Positions 29,056 to 37,630 of a DNA stretch of 64,000 nt are shown here, piece by piece. The stretch covers positions 1,144,067-1,208,066 of the forward strand of contig JADJTL010000001.1 of NCBI GenBank assembly GCA_016711215.1, given 5' to 3'. The notes below the pieces were generated by a model. That model was not told where the DNA came from. It saw only the letters and a list, made by a program, of their open reading frames with translations, and did not search any database. The first letter of the stretch is position 1, and each line of letters begins with the position of its first letter. The translations under genes were made by a program, and so were the position numbers. Source of the DNA: Pseudomonadota bacterium. Lineage in GTDB: Bacteria; Myxococcota_A; Polyangia; GCA-2747355.

Positions 29056-30459
29056 TCAAGGCATCGCCACCGAGGGCCCGCAGGGTGGGCGTTGGTCCTG
29101 GCGACAGAAGGGCAGCGTGCGGCAGACCGCGCTGCTCGCCGCGGCGGCGGTGCAACGTAGCATCATGCGGCTCGCCGGGTAGTCGAGATCAGTCTCGAAA
29201 AAGGACAGCCACTCGCCGCCCAGCACGATGTCGAGATCGGGAACGCGAGGCCGCAGCTCCTGGCGCAGACCCTGGAGCAGCGGCGAGCGATCGTCGACGA
29301 TCGCGAAGGCGATCGGGGCGCCGACCCAGGCCACCGCCGCGCCTCGTTCGTCGCGATCCTGCGCCGCATCGAGCGCAAAGCGGTCGAGACGCAGCAGGCG
29401 CCAGCGCCGCGCGAGCTCGCCGCAGGGGCCAAAGTTACGCCGCGGGTCGTCGAGCGTGCGGGTCATGTCGGCCACCAGGGCGGCACGCGGAATCGACACC
29501 AGCGAGACGATCTCGCTGCCGGTTGGCAGATAGAGCGTGTGCCCGGGCGCTTCCTGCAGCTCGGGATGGCGCGCCTGGAGCTGCTCGAAGGCCGAGCGAG
29601 CGATCAGCGGAGTGCCCACCCCCGAGGCCACGATCGCCACCGCGTCGAGACCGCTGGCCGCGGTCGGTGGTGCGGCGTCACCGGTGGGATCGTAGTCGTC
29701 GGGCAGCAGGCAGAGCGGCGCGATCACGCGGCGGCCGGGGAGCACCGTGCTCTCGCCGGCGATCGAGGCGCGCCCGCCGCCGCGCAGCCCGCCGGCGAAG
29801 ACGGCCGCGCAGCGCTCACTGCGCAGGCCGTCGGCGGTGACAAGGCGCGTGACGTCGCAATCGGCTGCCAGCTGGTCGTTGCTGCCCGCCAACTCGGAGC
29901 GCAACGTCAGCGCGCGGGGCGCGGCCGTGGCGCTGCCTCCGTCTGCTACCCCCAGGTAGTTGAGCGTGACGGCGAAATGCGCGAGGACGTCGACGCCGAG
30001 CAGCAGGTCGACGGCCAGCGGCGCATCAAGACCAATCGGACCGGCGCTGGCCTCGAGCAGCTCGAGGTCGTGAAAGACGAAGCGCGTGACGGTTGGACGC
30101 AGCGCATCGAGCAGGCGCAGCGCCACGCGCCGGCGACGACTGCGGAAACCCTCGCTCTGCCTGAGTAAGGTCAGCGACGCGGCGTTGTCGACGACCGCGC
30201 GCAGCGGGGGACCGTCGTCGACGCGCACCCGCGCGACGAGCACGCCCTGTTCGAGGGTGGCCGGAATCGGCTCGCCAAGAAAGCCCTCGTAGCGCAGCTC
30301 ACCGCAGCCGCCGAGGCCCAGCGCGAGCAGCACTGCGCATGCTGCGCATGCCGCGCATGCTGCGCACGCTGCGGAGCGTCGCCCTGGTCGGCCAGCGCCT
30401 TGAGGCGCTCTAGGCCGGGTCCTTGAGCTTGCTCCGCAGCTTCTCGACGAGTGCGCCAT
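29056..30459 (-). CDS. Hypothetical lipoprotein (two internally similar halves, faintly retropepsin-like, no intact DTG/DSG)
   Basis: Signal peptide containing (CAA)4 then lipobox LGLGGCG. Both halves end in LLG.D.L..F...L.Y-type segments. First-half motif is VVDNAAS. Start uncertain (the ATG at 30459 overlaps the upstream gene by 50 nt). Confidence 0.45.
   Translation of the reverse strand: MAHSSRSCGASSRTRPRAPQGAGRPGRRSAACAACAACAACAVLLALGLGGCGELRYEGFLGEPIPATLEQGVLVARVRVDDGPPLRAVVDNAASLTLLRQSEGFRSRRRRVALRLLDALRPTVTRFVFHDLELLEASAGPIGLDAPLAVDLLLGVDVLAHFAVTLNYLGVADGGSATAAPRALTLRSELAGSNDQLAADCDVTRLVTADGLRSERCAAVFAGGLRGGGRASIAGESTVLPGRRVIAPLCLLPDDYDPTGDAAPPTAASGLDAVAIVASGVGTPLIARSAFEQLQARHPELQEAPGHTLYLPTGSEIVSLVSIPRAALVADMTRTLDDPRRNFGPCGELARRWRLLRLDRFALDAAQDRDERGAAVAWVGAPIAFAIVDDRSPLLQGLRQELRPRVPDLDIVLGGEWLSFFETDLDYPASRMMLRCTAAAASSAVCRTLPFCRQDQRPPCGPSVAMP
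30334..30369. repeat. 9-bp tandem repeat tgcgcatgc x4 (encodes Cys-Ala-Ala x4 inside a signal peptide)
   Basis: Read directly; in-frame within CDS 29056..30459. Confidence 0.85.
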
Positions 30460-31027
30460 ACGACTGCCGCTGGATGATGCGGTTGAACTGCGAGCGGTAG
30501 TTGCGGACCACGCTGACGTCGTCGGTGATGACATCGTAGACCATCCAGCCATCGGTGCCTTGGCGCATCTTGTACTGGATCTGCAGCGCTTCGCTACGCC
30601 CCTTGCGCTTGACGTCGATCGCCGTGGTGATCGCGGCCTTGTCGCCGACGATCTCCTCTCCGAGGTAGCGGACGGCGTAGTTCAGATTCGAGCGCAGCTG
30701 CTTGAGGTAGTTGCGTTCGATCAGCTGGCGCAGCAGCTCGCTGAACTCCTGACGCTCGGCGTTGGTGCGCTTCTCCCAGTGTCGGCCGAGGGCCAGCCGC
30801 GCGAGCTCGGGGAAATCGAGGAACTGCGCGACGACGCGAGTCAGCTCGCGATCGATCGGCTTGGGGGCGCGGCCGCGCGTCTGTTTGCGCAGCAGCATCG
30901 CGATCTGGTCGTTGGTGCGCCTTACCTTGATCAGCGGCCCGTCGGTGCGCGCGGCCGCCGCGTGCCCCGTGACGCCGATCAACGAGAGCGCTGCCAGCAA
31001 GATCAGCGGATGCCGGGCGTGGCGCAT
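30410..31027 (-). CDS. MlaC/Ttg2D-family periplasmic lipid-binding protein
   Basis: Signal peptide MRHARHPLILLAALSLIGVTGHA. Family-like segments ALGRHWEKRTNAERQEF..LLRQLIERNYL and WMVYDVITDDVSVVRNYRSQF. AGGGGG upstream of ATG 31027. Confidence 0.75.
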   Translation of the reverse strand: MRHARHPLILLAALSLIGVTGHAAAARTDGPLIKVRRTNDQIAMLLRKQTRGRAPKPIDRELTRVVAQFLDFPELARLALGRHWEKRTNAERQEFSELLRQLIERNYLKQLRSNLNYAVRYLGEEIVGDKAAITTAIDVKRKGRSEALQIQYKMRQGTDGWMVYDVITDDVSVVRNYRSQFNRIIQRQSYGALVEKLRSKLKDPA

Positions 31028-31179
31028 CGTTGGCCCCCTTCGTGTGGTGTGCATAGTCTAGTTCATACACGAGGGGTGGCGACTCAACAACGTGTGGCGG
31101 CGGGATTTCCCGCCAGCTGCTCAGCGCGCGAAGCGAGACAGGAAGGCGATGCGCGCGACCATGTGCCTCGGCGCGGCGC

Positions 31180-32622
31180 CTAGCGGGCGGCGCTGGGCGC
31201 GGGGGTCCGAACCAGGGTGCGTTGCAGCTCGGCGGTCGCCAGGCCGACCTTGCGGGCCAGCTCGGACCAGCCCACGTTGACGTCGAAGCTGGACTGAAGG
31301 GAGGTCAGCCGCAGGCGGAAATACGCGACGAGGGCGTCGGTCAGCTCCTTGGGCTCGGCCAGGCCGGCGCTGAGGTTCTGCGAGGTGGCGACCAGCCAGC
31401 TCCGCGCGCTGCGCGTTCCACGCTCGGCGACGACAAGGCGCTGCTGAGCCTCCTGCAGCTCGAGGTAGGCTTTTTCGAGCTCGAGCGTCATAGCGCTCAA
31501 TGCCGCTTGTCGCTGCGCCGCCAGGCGGCGCGCGTCGGCCAGCGCCTCGCGCAGGCGGCCCACCTGTTGCACAGTGTCGAGCTGCCAGTGCAGGGCGAGC
31601 CCGAGCGCCGCGCTGCTGAAGTTGAAGGGGTTGTTGAAGAAGGCGTTCTGCGGGAAATCGACGTTGGTTGCGCGGCCGATCCCGGCTCGGCCGACGAGGA
31701 GCAGATCCGGCCAGAGGCGCGCGCGCTCGAGGGCGCTACGGGCAGCCACCGCGCGCAGCGCCGCCTCGAGCAGGTGCAGCTCCGGTCGCTCGTGCATGGC
31801 CGCGCGCTGGTAGTCGGCGCTGTAAAGCAGCTCGGCGCTCGAGGCCTCGAGGGGGAGGGCATCAAGCGTGAGCTGATCGGCGCGGAGGCCCGTCAGCGCG
31901 GTCAGTGAGCGCAGGGCGAGCTGCTCCAGCTTCTGCGCCTCCAGGGTGCGGGTATCAATCTCGACGGTGTAGGTCTTGAGTCGCAGCTCATCGGTGACGG
32001 TGGCGTCGCCGGAATCGTCCTCGAGCTGTTGGGCGATGCGGGCACTGGCCTTGTCGAGGTGCTCGCGCCCTTCGTGAATCATCTCCAAGATCGCGCGGGC
32101 CAGCTTGGCTCCCCAGTAGGCCTTGGTGACGTTGAGCTCGAGGTCCCGCCGCGCTGCCACCAGGCGGGCCTGCTCCGCCGCGACGCCAGCGTGGGCCGCG
32201 TGGCTCAACGCTGAGAGCTTGCCAAAGGTGTAGAGCGGCATCCCGAGCTCGACCTGCGCCCGCCCGAACACGCCGTTGAGATTGAAGGCGATCTGTTTGA
32301 TGTTGGTGCGCACGCAGCTCTGCTCGTCGGGATTGCCCGCGGCGTCAAAACAGCGGATCTCGGGCGTTGGCGCGAAGAGCGCGTTGAACTCGCCGCGTGG
32401 CGCCCAAGCCCAGCGCGCCTGAAAGAGCTTCTGCTCCATCGCCGTCACCGCATGCTCGGCCGCCTCGATGCCGGGATAGTGGCTTTGGGCGCGGGCGATC
32501 AGCGCGGCGAGCGCATAGCCTGCGCCAGGGGACGGGGCCGGCTGGGCGGCGAGGGGGCCGCCAAGGGCAAGCGCGGTGAGCAGTATGGCGGAGCCAAAAG
32601 CGATCGACGAGCGGCGCGGCAT
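31180..32622 (-). CDS. TolC-family outer membrane channel protein
   Basis: Signal peptide, ~480 aa, two-repeat coiled-coil-rich architecture with the typical N-terminal LALAALIARAQSHYPGIEAAE segment. The start could also be 32643. Confidence 0.7.
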   Translation of the reverse strand: MPRRSSIAFGSAILLTALALGGPLAAQPAPSPGAGYALAALIARAQSHYPGIEAAEHAVTAMEQKLFQARWAWAPRGEFNALFAPTPEIRCFDAAGNPDEQSCVRTNIKQIAFNLNGVFGRAQVELGMPLYTFGKLSALSHAAHAGVAAEQARLVAARRDLELNVTKAYWGAKLARAILEMIHEGREHLDKASARIAQQLEDDSGDATVTDELRLKTYTVEIDTRTLEAQKLEQLALRSLTALTGLRADQLTLDALPLEASSAELLYSADYQRAAMHERPELHLLEAALRAVAARSALERARLWPDLLLVGRAGIGRATNVDFPQNAFFNNPFNFSSAALGLALHWQLDTVQQVGRLREALADARRLAAQRQAALSAMTLELEKAYLELQEAQQRLVVAERGTRSARSWLVATSQNLSAGLAEPKELTDALVAYFRLRLTSLQSSFDVNVGWSELARKVGLATAELQRTLVRTPAPSAAR

Positions 32623-32785
32623 GCTGAACTCCGGCGCGGGCATGCCCCGATGGGCGGGTTAAGGTGGCTTGTAGCGCGGCCGACACGCGGGCAGCAAGGG
32701 GCGGGCCGGCACCTCTTCGGGCCGGCACCCTTGGCTGCCGGCTGACGCGCTTGCGGCGCCTGGGTCGCGCTGCTATGACGCGCCG

Positions 32786-33010
32786 ATGTCGGCAAGCTTC
32801 CATGAGTACCTTGAACTCTTCGACTACTTCGGTCGTGGGGGAATGGTGCGGCTCAACCGCGGGGAGTTCGAGGCACGGACGGCGGAGCTTGAGGGGCTAT
32901 TGCGGCAGCAGGAGCCTTTCAGCGACGAGCAGCTGGCCCGCCTCGTCGCGCTGCGGGCGGCGCTCTTCCACGAGCGCCCGAAGCTCGAGCAGCTCGTACG
33001 GGGCCGCTGA
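32786..33010 (+). CDS. Small hypothetical protein (74 aa), translationally coupled to ygfZ
   Basis: Balanced amino-acid composition, unlike the overlapping Arg-rich frame. Its TGA (33008-33010) lies 1 nt before the GTG of the next gene. Confidence 0.5.
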   Translation: MSASFHEYLELFDYFGRGGMVRLNRGEFEARTAELEGLLRQQEPFSDEQLARLVALRAALFHERPKLEQLVRGR

Positions 33011-33011
33011 G

Positions 33012-34103
33012 GTGGCGCCGCGCGACGAAGCGGGGCCGCGCGAGCCCGGCAATCCGGCGGCTGGGCGCCCGGCTGCTGGCGTTGCGCTGCAAGCCCAGTT
33101 GGCGGCGCTGCGCCAGGGCCTCGTGAGCTGTAGGCGCGAGGATCTCGGCCGGGTCGAGGTCAGCGGCCCGGGCGCGCGGGCCTTCCTGCAGCGCCTCGTG
33201 ACCGCGGACCTGCGCGCGCTTGCGCCGGGCGACGCGGTGCCCGCCGCGCTGCTGACGCCGAAGGCGCAGGTCGTCGCCTTGCTCCGCGTGATCGTCCGCG
33301 GCGAGGAGGCGCTGAGCTGCGTCGTCGATCGCGCGCTGGTGCCGACGGTCTTGGCGCTGCTCGACCGCTACAGCATCGGCCACGCCGTCAACCTCGAGGC
33401 CTCCGCCGGCGAGGTGGTCGGGCTCTACGGTCCCGGGCTCCGTGCTTGCACCGCGCTCGGCGCGGCGGCAGCGCTCGCGCCCTACGCGCAGGCGACGTTG
33501 GTGGCGGGCGGCGCATGCTGGCTCGCCCTGGGTGATGATGAGCTCGGCGGTGCCGGGCTGCTCTTGTTCGGGCCTGCGGACAGCCACGCGGGAGCGGCGC
33601 TCAGCGAGTGGCTGCGGCCCGCGCCGGTGCTGGCGCTGGAGCCGGCCGCGTTTGAGGTCGCGCGGCTCGAGGCCGGCGCGCCGCGAATGGGCGTCGACGT
33701 CGACGCTGAGACGATGCTGCTCGAGGCCGGGCAGCTCAGCGCCGTGAGCTTCGAGAAGGGCTGCTATCCGGGACAGGAGCCGGTCTGTCGCGTGCATAGC
33801 CGTGGCCAGGTGAACTGGCGGCTCTTGGCCCTCCGGGCGGCGGCGGACCGCCTGCCCGCGGCGGGTGAGACGCTGCGGCACAGGGCCCTTGCCGAGGCGG
33901 GCCGCATCACCTCGGCGGCCTACTCGCCGACGCTCGACGCCATCGTGGCCCTGGGCTACGTGCACCGCCGCGCGCTCGAGAACCCCGGAGCGCTGGAGCT
34001 GGCCGGTGGTGGCCGCGCGGAGGTCGTCGCGCTGCCGCGCGTCCCCGGCTTGCTCGTCCCGCTCAGCGCTCCGCGCTACGGGGAGGGCGCGGCAGCGCGC
34101 TGA
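33012..34103 (+). CDS. ygfZ: YgfZ/CAF17-family folate-binding protein (GcvT-like fold)
   Basis: GcvT-like N-region (VEVSGPGARAFLQRLVTADL) and family signature FEKGCYPGQE. The GTG at 33012 is chosen because the ORF-track upstream part is compositionally non-coding and overlaps the small ORF. Confidence 0.75.
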   Translation: MAPRDEAGPREPGNPAAGRPAAGVALQAQLAALRQGLVSCRREDLGRVEVSGPGARAFLQRLVTADLRALAPGDAVPAALLTPKAQVVALLRVIVRGEEALSCVVDRALVPTVLALLDRYSIGHAVNLEASAGEVVGLYGPGLRACTALGAAAALAPYAQATLVAGGACWLALGDDELGGAGLLLFGPADSHAGAALSEWLRPAPVLALEPAAFEVARLEAGAPRMGVDVDAETMLLEAGQLSAVSFEKGCYPGQEPVCRVHSRGQVNWRLLALRAAADRLPAAGETLRHRALAEAGRITSAAYSPTLDAIVALGYVHRRALENPGALELAGGGRAEVVALPRVPGLLVPLSAPRYGEGAAAR

Positions 34104-34187
34104 TCGCGCAGGGCCTGCGACGCCCTCGCGGTGGACAGCGCGCCGCGGGCGATGGTAAGCGACCAGGACTTCAGTGGTGAGGGCGTG

Positions 34188-35291
34188 ATGGCTGAGCTCG
34201 AGCAGGTTCCGGCGGCGATGGCGATGGGCAAGGTCCTGGTGACCGGCGGCGCCGGGCACCTCGGGGCGAATCTGGTGCGGCGATTGTTGGCGGATGGAGT
34301 CGTCGTGCGAGCGCTCGTGCGGCGCGACAGCAACAACGCCGCGCTGCACGGCCTCGATGTCGAGTGGTGCTTTGGCGATCTGCGCGACGCCGAGGCCACC
34401 GCGCTGGCCGCGCGGGGCTGCACCCACGTCTACCACTGCGCGGCCAGTCTCTCGACGGTCTACGGCAGCGTGGACGCGGCGCGCGAAATCTATGAGAGCA
34501 ACGTCCTGGGCACGCGCAACCTGCTGCGGGCGGCGCGCCTCGCCGAGGTGGCGCGGGTGGTTGTGACCGGATCGTTCAGCGCCACGGGCTACGACCTCGA
34601 CGATCCGAGCCGTCCGGCCAATGAGACGATGCCCTTCTTCCCCTTTGCGCGACCACTGCCCTACGAGCAATCGAAGGCCCTCGCCGAGCACGAGGCGCTG
34701 AAGGCCTTTGCCGACGGCCTCGACGTCGTGGTGGCCACCTCTTGCGCGATTCTCGGCCCCCACGACCACAAGCCCTCGCGGATGGGGCAGGTGCTCTGCG
34801 ACTTCGCCCGCGGGCGCGTGCCGGCCTATATCCCGGGCGGCTTCGAGTTCGTCGCCGCGCGCGACATCGTGCAGGGTCATCTGCTGGCGATGGCGCGCGG
34901 ACGCGCCGGACAGAAGTACATCTTCGCCACGCGCTTCTGCACGATGGACGAGCTGATGGGTTGGTTCGAAGAGGTGACCGGGCGGCGGCGCCCGCGGCTG
35001 CGGCTGCCGCCGGCGCTGATGGCCGGCATCGCCGAGCTCGTGACCCCCGTGCTGGCGCGCCTACGCCCCGACGCTTCGCAGCGGCTGACGCCGGGCGCCG
35101 TGCGCATCCTGCGCATGCAACGGCACGCCGACTGCACGAAGGCGCGGCAGGAGCTGGGCTACGAGCCGACCGCGATCGTCGACGCGATTCGCGAGGCCTA
35201 TGACGACTTCGTGCGCCGAGGGCTGATCGATCGCCCGCGCAGGGCGGCCGGGGGGGAGTCCGAGGCCAGCGCGTCGGCCAGCGCGGGCTAG
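34188..35291 (+). CDS. NAD-dependent epimerase/dehydratase family protein (HpnA / dihydroflavonol-reductase-like)
   Basis: VLVTGGAGHLGANLVRRL Rossmann motif, catalytic-region YEQSK. The ATG at 34188 has GAGGG upstream. The start could be 34131-34224. Confidence 0.75.
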   Translation: MAELEQVPAAMAMGKVLVTGGAGHLGANLVRRLLADGVVVRALVRRDSNNAALHGLDVEWCFGDLRDAEATALAARGCTHVYHCAASLSTVYGSVDAAREIYESNVLGTRNLLRAARLAEVARVVVTGSFSATGYDLDDPSRPANETMPFFPFARPLPYEQSKALAEHEALKAFADGLDVVVATSCAILGPHDHKPSRMGQVLCDFARGRVPAYIPGGFEFVAARDIVQGHLLAMARGRAGQKYIFATRFCTMDELMGWFEEVTGRRRPRLRLPPALMAGIAELVTPVLARLRPDASQRLTPGAVRILRMQRHADCTKARQELGYEPTAIVDAIREAYDDFVRRGLIDRPRRAAGGESEASASASAG

Positions 35292-35368
35292 CGCACGACA
35301 GGTCGGCGCCTCGACCGACGGTCGGCGCCGTGGCATGGTGTGAGCTGACGCGGCAGGAAGTAGCTCGG

Positions 35369-35854
35369 ATGAGTGCCTCGGTCCAGACCATCCACGACTT
35401 CTTCGAGCGCTACGGCTGGCAGTGTGACTTCGACGGTGCGACCGCGACCTGGGTCACGGGCTTTCGCGGCAAGACCGCGAACTTCAACATCATGGTCCAC
35501 CTGACGGAGAACTGGCTCTACTTCATCGTCAGCCCCTTCGCGAACGCGCCGCAGACCGTCGTTTGCGAACAGCGCCTCAGTCAGTATCTGCTGCGTCTCA
35601 ATCACACGATCAACCTGGCGAAGTTCAGCGTCGACGGCGAGGGCGACGTCGTGCTCACGGTGGAAATACCAACCGAGGGCCTGACCTATAGTCAGTTCCG
35701 CGATGGGCTCAACGCCGTCAGCTACTACGCTGACTGCCACTACCTCGATGTGATCAACCTGGCGCAAAGCGCGAGCTATGTGCCGGCGCCGGTCGCCGAC
35801 GAGAAGTGGTGGGCGAGCGAGGTCGAGGCCTTCGAGCTAGAGAAGCCCAACTGA
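35369..35854 (+). CDS. YbjN-domain protein (putative chaperone/sensory-transduction-regulator fold)
   Basis: Family-like pattern: IHDFFERYGWQCDFD...FRGKTANFNIMVHLTENWLYF...INLAKFSVDGEGDVVL. Confidence 0.6.
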   Translation: MSASVQTIHDFFERYGWQCDFDGATATWVTGFRGKTANFNIMVHLTENWLYFIVSPFANAPQTVVCEQRLSQYLLRLNHTINLAKFSVDGEGDVVLTVEIPTEGLTYSQFRDGLNAVSYYADCHYLDVINLAQSASYVPAPVADEKWWASEVEAFELEKPN

Positions 35855-35881
35855 GCGCGATCGCAGCAGCGCGCCCCACCG

Positions 35882-37549
35882 CTAGCGCCGCCAGGCTCGA
35901 TTGCGCGCCACGAGCTCGTGGTAGGCGACGACCTGGCGCGCGCGCTCGTCCGCGCTCCAGCCGAGCGCCTCGGCCAAAGCCTCCGCGACCGCTTCGCTGG
36001 CCGCCAGCCCCTGGTCGCTCGCTCGATAGAAGAGCTGGACGCGGCGCACCAGGACGTCGTCGAGGTTGAGCGCCAGCTCCTCGCGCGCGGCGTGCGCGAC
36101 TTCGGCCCAAATGAAGGGCAGGCCGCTGACGATGCGCCGCCCGAGCGCCGGCCGCTCGGCGACCCGGGCGACCAGGCGCGTCGCGACGACGCCATAGGTC
36201 GTCGCCAGGTGGTGCGCGAGGCGCTCGTCGCCGCCGAGTCCCTCGCGCAGCCCGGCAACGAGGCGCTGCAGCTCCGCCTCGCTGCGCAGGCCGCTGGCGC
36301 CCGGCAAGGGTCGATCGGCGGTGGTGCTCGGTCCGCGGGGCGGGCGGTCGGCGTCGAGCAACGGACGCGCTGCCTCGAGGGTCTCAGCGGCCAGGCGACG
36401 GTAGGTCGTCAGCTTCCCTCCGGCGACGACGATGATCCCGTCGGCGCGGATCGCGATGCGGTGTTCGCGCGAGACGGCGCTCGTATTGCCGTGCTCGGAC
36501 GTGGCCGACGCCAGCAGTGGACGCACGCCGCTCCAGCTGGCGAGGACGTCGTCGGCGCGCAGCCCGGCGTCCGGGAAGTAGTGGTTCGCCGCCGCCAGCA
36601 GGTATGCGACCTCCTCGGCCGCGGCCTGCGTGCCCGCGGCTGGCGCTTGGAGGTCGGTGTCGGTCGTGCCGACCACCGTATGCTCGAAGAAGGGAAGCAC
36701 GAAGAGCACGCGAGCGTCCCGCGGATGGTAGGCCACCAGCGCGCGCGGCACGCTGAGGCGATCGCCCCGCAGGACGATGTGCACGCCCTTTGTCGGCCGC
36801 AGCCAGGGATGGTGTTGCGGATCGACCAGCGTCAGCAGCTCGTCGGTTTGTGGGCCGGCGGCGAGGACCCAACAGCGCCCCCTGATCTGCAGCCGCGCGC
36901 CGCTGAGTTGATCGCGCAGGGCTGCCGTCGCAACCCGACCCTGAAGCGTCTCGAACGCCTCGAGCGCGCAGTAGCTGGCAGCGGCCGCACCGGCTTGCCG
37001 GGCGTCGAGCACGTTCTCCAGCACGAGGCGCGCATCGTCCGTCTGGCCATCGTAGTAGAGGACACCGCCGCGCAGCTCCTGCTGGCGTAGCCCTGGCAGC
37101 AGTCCGACCAGGCGCCTCGGGCCGAAGTATTGGTGGCGCGCGTGGCCTTGGAAGAGCGCCAGCGCGTCGTAGATCCAGAGCCCGAGCTCGACGAGCGCGG
37201 CCGGCCAGCGATCACCGCGATAGACCGGCGCGACGAAGGGCAGCGGTCGCACGAGATGGCGCGCGAGTCGGCTCAGCTGTCGGCGCTCCGCCAGGCTCTC
37301 GGCGACCAAGGCCAGCTCGCCATGCTCGAGGTAGCGCAGACCGCCGTGGATCAGCCGACTCGAGCGGCTGGAGGTGCCCGACGCCCAGTCGCGGCGCTCG
37401 ACGAGCGCGACGCGGTAACCGCGCAACGCAGCGTCGCGCGCGATCGCGGCGCCATTGATTCCGCCACCGACGACGACCAGGTCGAAGCACTCGGACGCCA
37501 AGCGCGCCAGCGTCGCACGTCGTTGATCGGGGGCCGAGGGTGGCTGCAT
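35882..37549 (-). CDS. glpD: FAD-dependent glycerol-3-phosphate dehydrogenase
   Basis: FDLVVVGGGINGAAIARDAALRGYRVALVERRDWASGTSSRSSRLIHGGLRYLE matches the GlpD N-terminus almost residue for residue. The start could be the GTG at 37582. Confidence 0.9.
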   Translation of the reverse strand: MQPPSAPDQRRATLARLASECFDLVVVGGGINGAAIARDAALRGYRVALVERRDWASGTSSRSSRLIHGGLRYLEHGELALVAESLAERRQLSRLARHLVRPLPFVAPVYRGDRWPAALVELGLWIYDALALFQGHARHQYFGPRRLVGLLPGLRQQELRGGVLYYDGQTDDARLVLENVLDARQAGAAAASYCALEAFETLQGRVATAALRDQLSGARLQIRGRCWVLAAGPQTDELLTLVDPQHHPWLRPTKGVHIVLRGDRLSVPRALVAYHPRDARVLFVLPFFEHTVVGTTDTDLQAPAAGTQAAAEEVAYLLAAANHYFPDAGLRADDVLASWSGVRPLLASATSEHGNTSAVSREHRIAIRADGIIVVAGGKLTTYRRLAAETLEAARPLLDADRPPRGPSTTADRPLPGASGLRSEAELQRLVAGLREGLGGDERLAHHLATTYGVVATRLVARVAERPALGRRIVSGLPFIWAEVAHAAREELALNLDDVLVRRVQLFYRASDQGLAASEAVAEALAEALGWSADERARQVVAYHELVARNRAWRR

Positions 37550-37630
37550 CGTCGAATCGCGCCGGCGATGATAGCAGGGCACCCGCGCAAAAGGGGAGGT
37601 GCCCAGCGCGCGGCGCGGAGCCGCCGCCGA

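Noticed and set aside
29056-30459. Annotating the lipoprotein as an aspartic (retropepsin-like) protease
   Set aside because: The resemblance is only faint. The putative catalytic motif reads DNA rather than DTG/DSG, and the second lobe has no clear Asp motif. I kept it as hypothetical.
32786-33010. Calling the 74-aa ORF SdhE (FAD assembly factor) on the basis of its RGEFE motif and the E. coli ygfY-ygfZ adjacency
   Set aside because: Apart from RGxxE, I cannot align the sequence with SdhE from memory, and the motif position and surrounding helices differ. I kept it as hypothetical and flagged the idea only as something to test.
32919-34880. 653-aa minus-strand ORF across ygfZ and the epimerase gene
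   Set aside because: It is antisense to two motif-supported plus-strand genes. Composition is Arg/Ala/Gly-rich with no recognisable domain.
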